From the NCBI RefSeq assembly GCF_009914755.1, contig NC_060942.1: DNA of 64,000 nt; one strand, 5' to 3'. Positions 61,572 to 64,000 of the stretch are shown piece by piece. Within the stretch, counting starts at the first letter, position 1, and each line of letters begins with the position of its first letter. The notes beneath the pieces were generated by a model that was given only the letters and a program-made list of their open reading frames with translations, was not told where the DNA came from and made no database searches. The position numbers and the translations under genes were made by a program. The DNA comes from the human T2T-CHM13v2.0 reference genome, Homo sapiens.

Positions 61572-62723
61572 CAAAACAAAACAAAAAAACACCTAATGAT
61601 AGGGGTTGTGATGAGAAGACTCAGTCTCTGAAAAAGAAAGAAGACTGGAATAAGGGGTAGAGAATTGGCTTGAGATTTGCCTCTGGCAAACCAGGTTTAG
61701 ATTCTGGTTGACAGGCAAGACACTAGCAGAAGAAACAAAGCAAAACTGATATAAATGTTGAGGATGTGGTACCCTTCCTAATTTCCAGATTTCAGCTGGG
61801 AGTTTTTCTGTGGTCCTAATAACTCAAATAGCCAGCTCTGCTTCAGAAACTTCCTTATGTCCTTTCTTTGCCCTCATTAGAGCTCCCATTATTGGTTTCC
61901 CTGGAATGTGCTCTTAGACAAACACTACTTCTGTTTAAATGTTTGCATTATTTAAACAGGTGAAAATAGTAAAATTAAAGGAGCTCATTTCATTCTTATT
62001 CAGTTGTACTTTTTTAAAGACTCAAATGGCTTAATTACGTATTTTAAGCCAAGCAATAAAAACATCTAAAAATTGTTCCAAAACCACATTGTTTGCTTGA
62101 TGGTGAACAGTTTCTAAACAAAACTAATGTAGCCAGGAAAATGTTGTCCTAAGCCACTGGACAGTTCTTCCTTGAATTGTTGTAGCTGGTAATTAAGCTG
62201 GTATGATTGTTAATATTTTCTATTTTTATCAAATTGCTCTTCCAAATTCTGAAAACTATTCAGTCCTTGAGGGCATATGAAATCATTTCCTTGTTATTAA
62301 GAAACATGTAAAGCAGATTAAATTAGCAATTATGATCCTAAAGCAAAAATTAAGGAAATGTGCAAGGTTTGACTACCAGGATGTTCATTGAAGCTTTATT
62401 TATTTATTTATTATTTGATTATTATTTTTGTTTTGAGATGGAGTCTTGCTCTGTCACTCAGGTTGGAGTCCACTGGCGTAATCTCGGCTCACTGCAACCT
62501 CCGCCTCCCAGGTTCAAGCGATTCTCCTGCTTTACCCTCCTGAGTAGCTGTGATTACAGGCGTGTGCCACCACGTCCAGCTAATTTTTGTATTTTTAGTA
62601 GAGACTTGGTCAGGCTGGTCTCGAACTCCTGACCTCATGATCCTCCAGCCTTGGCCTCCCAAAGTGCTGGGATTACAGGCGTGAACCACCGTGCCTGGCC
62701 TTTTTTTTTTTTTTTTTTTTTGA

Positions 62724-62831
<108 letters not shown>

Positions 62832-63299
62832 TAGCTGGTACTATAGGCATGCACCACAACACTGGACTAATTTTTGTAGTTTTAGTGGACGGGGTTTCAC
62901 CCCATTGTCCAGGCTGGTCTCGAACTCCTGACCTCAAGTGATCCTCCCACCTCAACCTCCCAAAGTGCTGGGATTACAGGCATGAGCCACTGCGCCTGAC
63001 CCTGAAAGATGATTATTAATATGTGTGCATGTCTTCTATAGACAGATAAAGCATTGGAAAATTTACTCATTTTCACTTTTCCCAAAAAGAATAATTTTCA
63101 CTACATAAATACAAATGATATATATTTATACATTTTAGAAAAGCAAATTGTTTTCAACCACTTTCAACTAATTTGGAAGTCTTATTTTGCTAATGAGGTG
63201 ATGTTGGCATTAATATTGGTAATTTCATTTCTTCTTCTTTTTTTTTTTTTTTTTGAGACAGAGTCTCGCTCTGTCACCCAGGCTGAAGTGCAGTGGTGA

Positions 63300-63491
<192 letters not shown>

Positions 63492-63717
63492 TGATCCGCC
63501 CGCCTCGGCCTCCCAAAGGGCTGGGATTACAGGCGTGAGCCACCGCGCCCAGCCTAGTAATTTCATTTCTCAAGAACTCACTATATTTCTGCAGTTTATG
63601 CTAGATTTATAGATAGATGAGAAAAAGTTTCATCCTGAAGATTTCATTTTAAAAATATTAGTAAATGTGGAATAATTGTGAACAACTAGTTACCAGGAAC
63701 TTCCATTTGCCGTTTAA

Positions 63718-63999
<282 letters not shown>

Positions 64000-64000
64000 G

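Overview
Human or great-ape genomic DNA (Alu-dense, with an SVA). It contains the 5' end of TRAPPC8 on the minus strand: a CpG-island promoter, coding exon 1 (17137-17293) and exon 2 (5838-6032). About 46 kb of upstream intergenic DNA is dominated by retroelements: a nested LTR stack (MLT1 > MER34/39-type > MER4-type > LTR2), a solo HERV-H LTR7B-type LTR, a full-length SVA, a PGD processed pseudogene, a THE1 LTR, an EPN2 retrocopy, and a deleted LTR10/HERV-IP-type provirus inserted inside an Alu. Most ORF-track entries are Alu or repeat artefacts. I see no novel multi-gene system. The most unusual object is the TSD-flanked EPN2 retrocopy. It appears to preserve an mRNA isoform with an LTR-derived 5'UTR exon and intronic polyadenylation after the ENTH exon, which would encode an ENTH-only epsin of about 200 aa. 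Repeat subfamily names and parent-gene exon structures come from recall, not from a database search.
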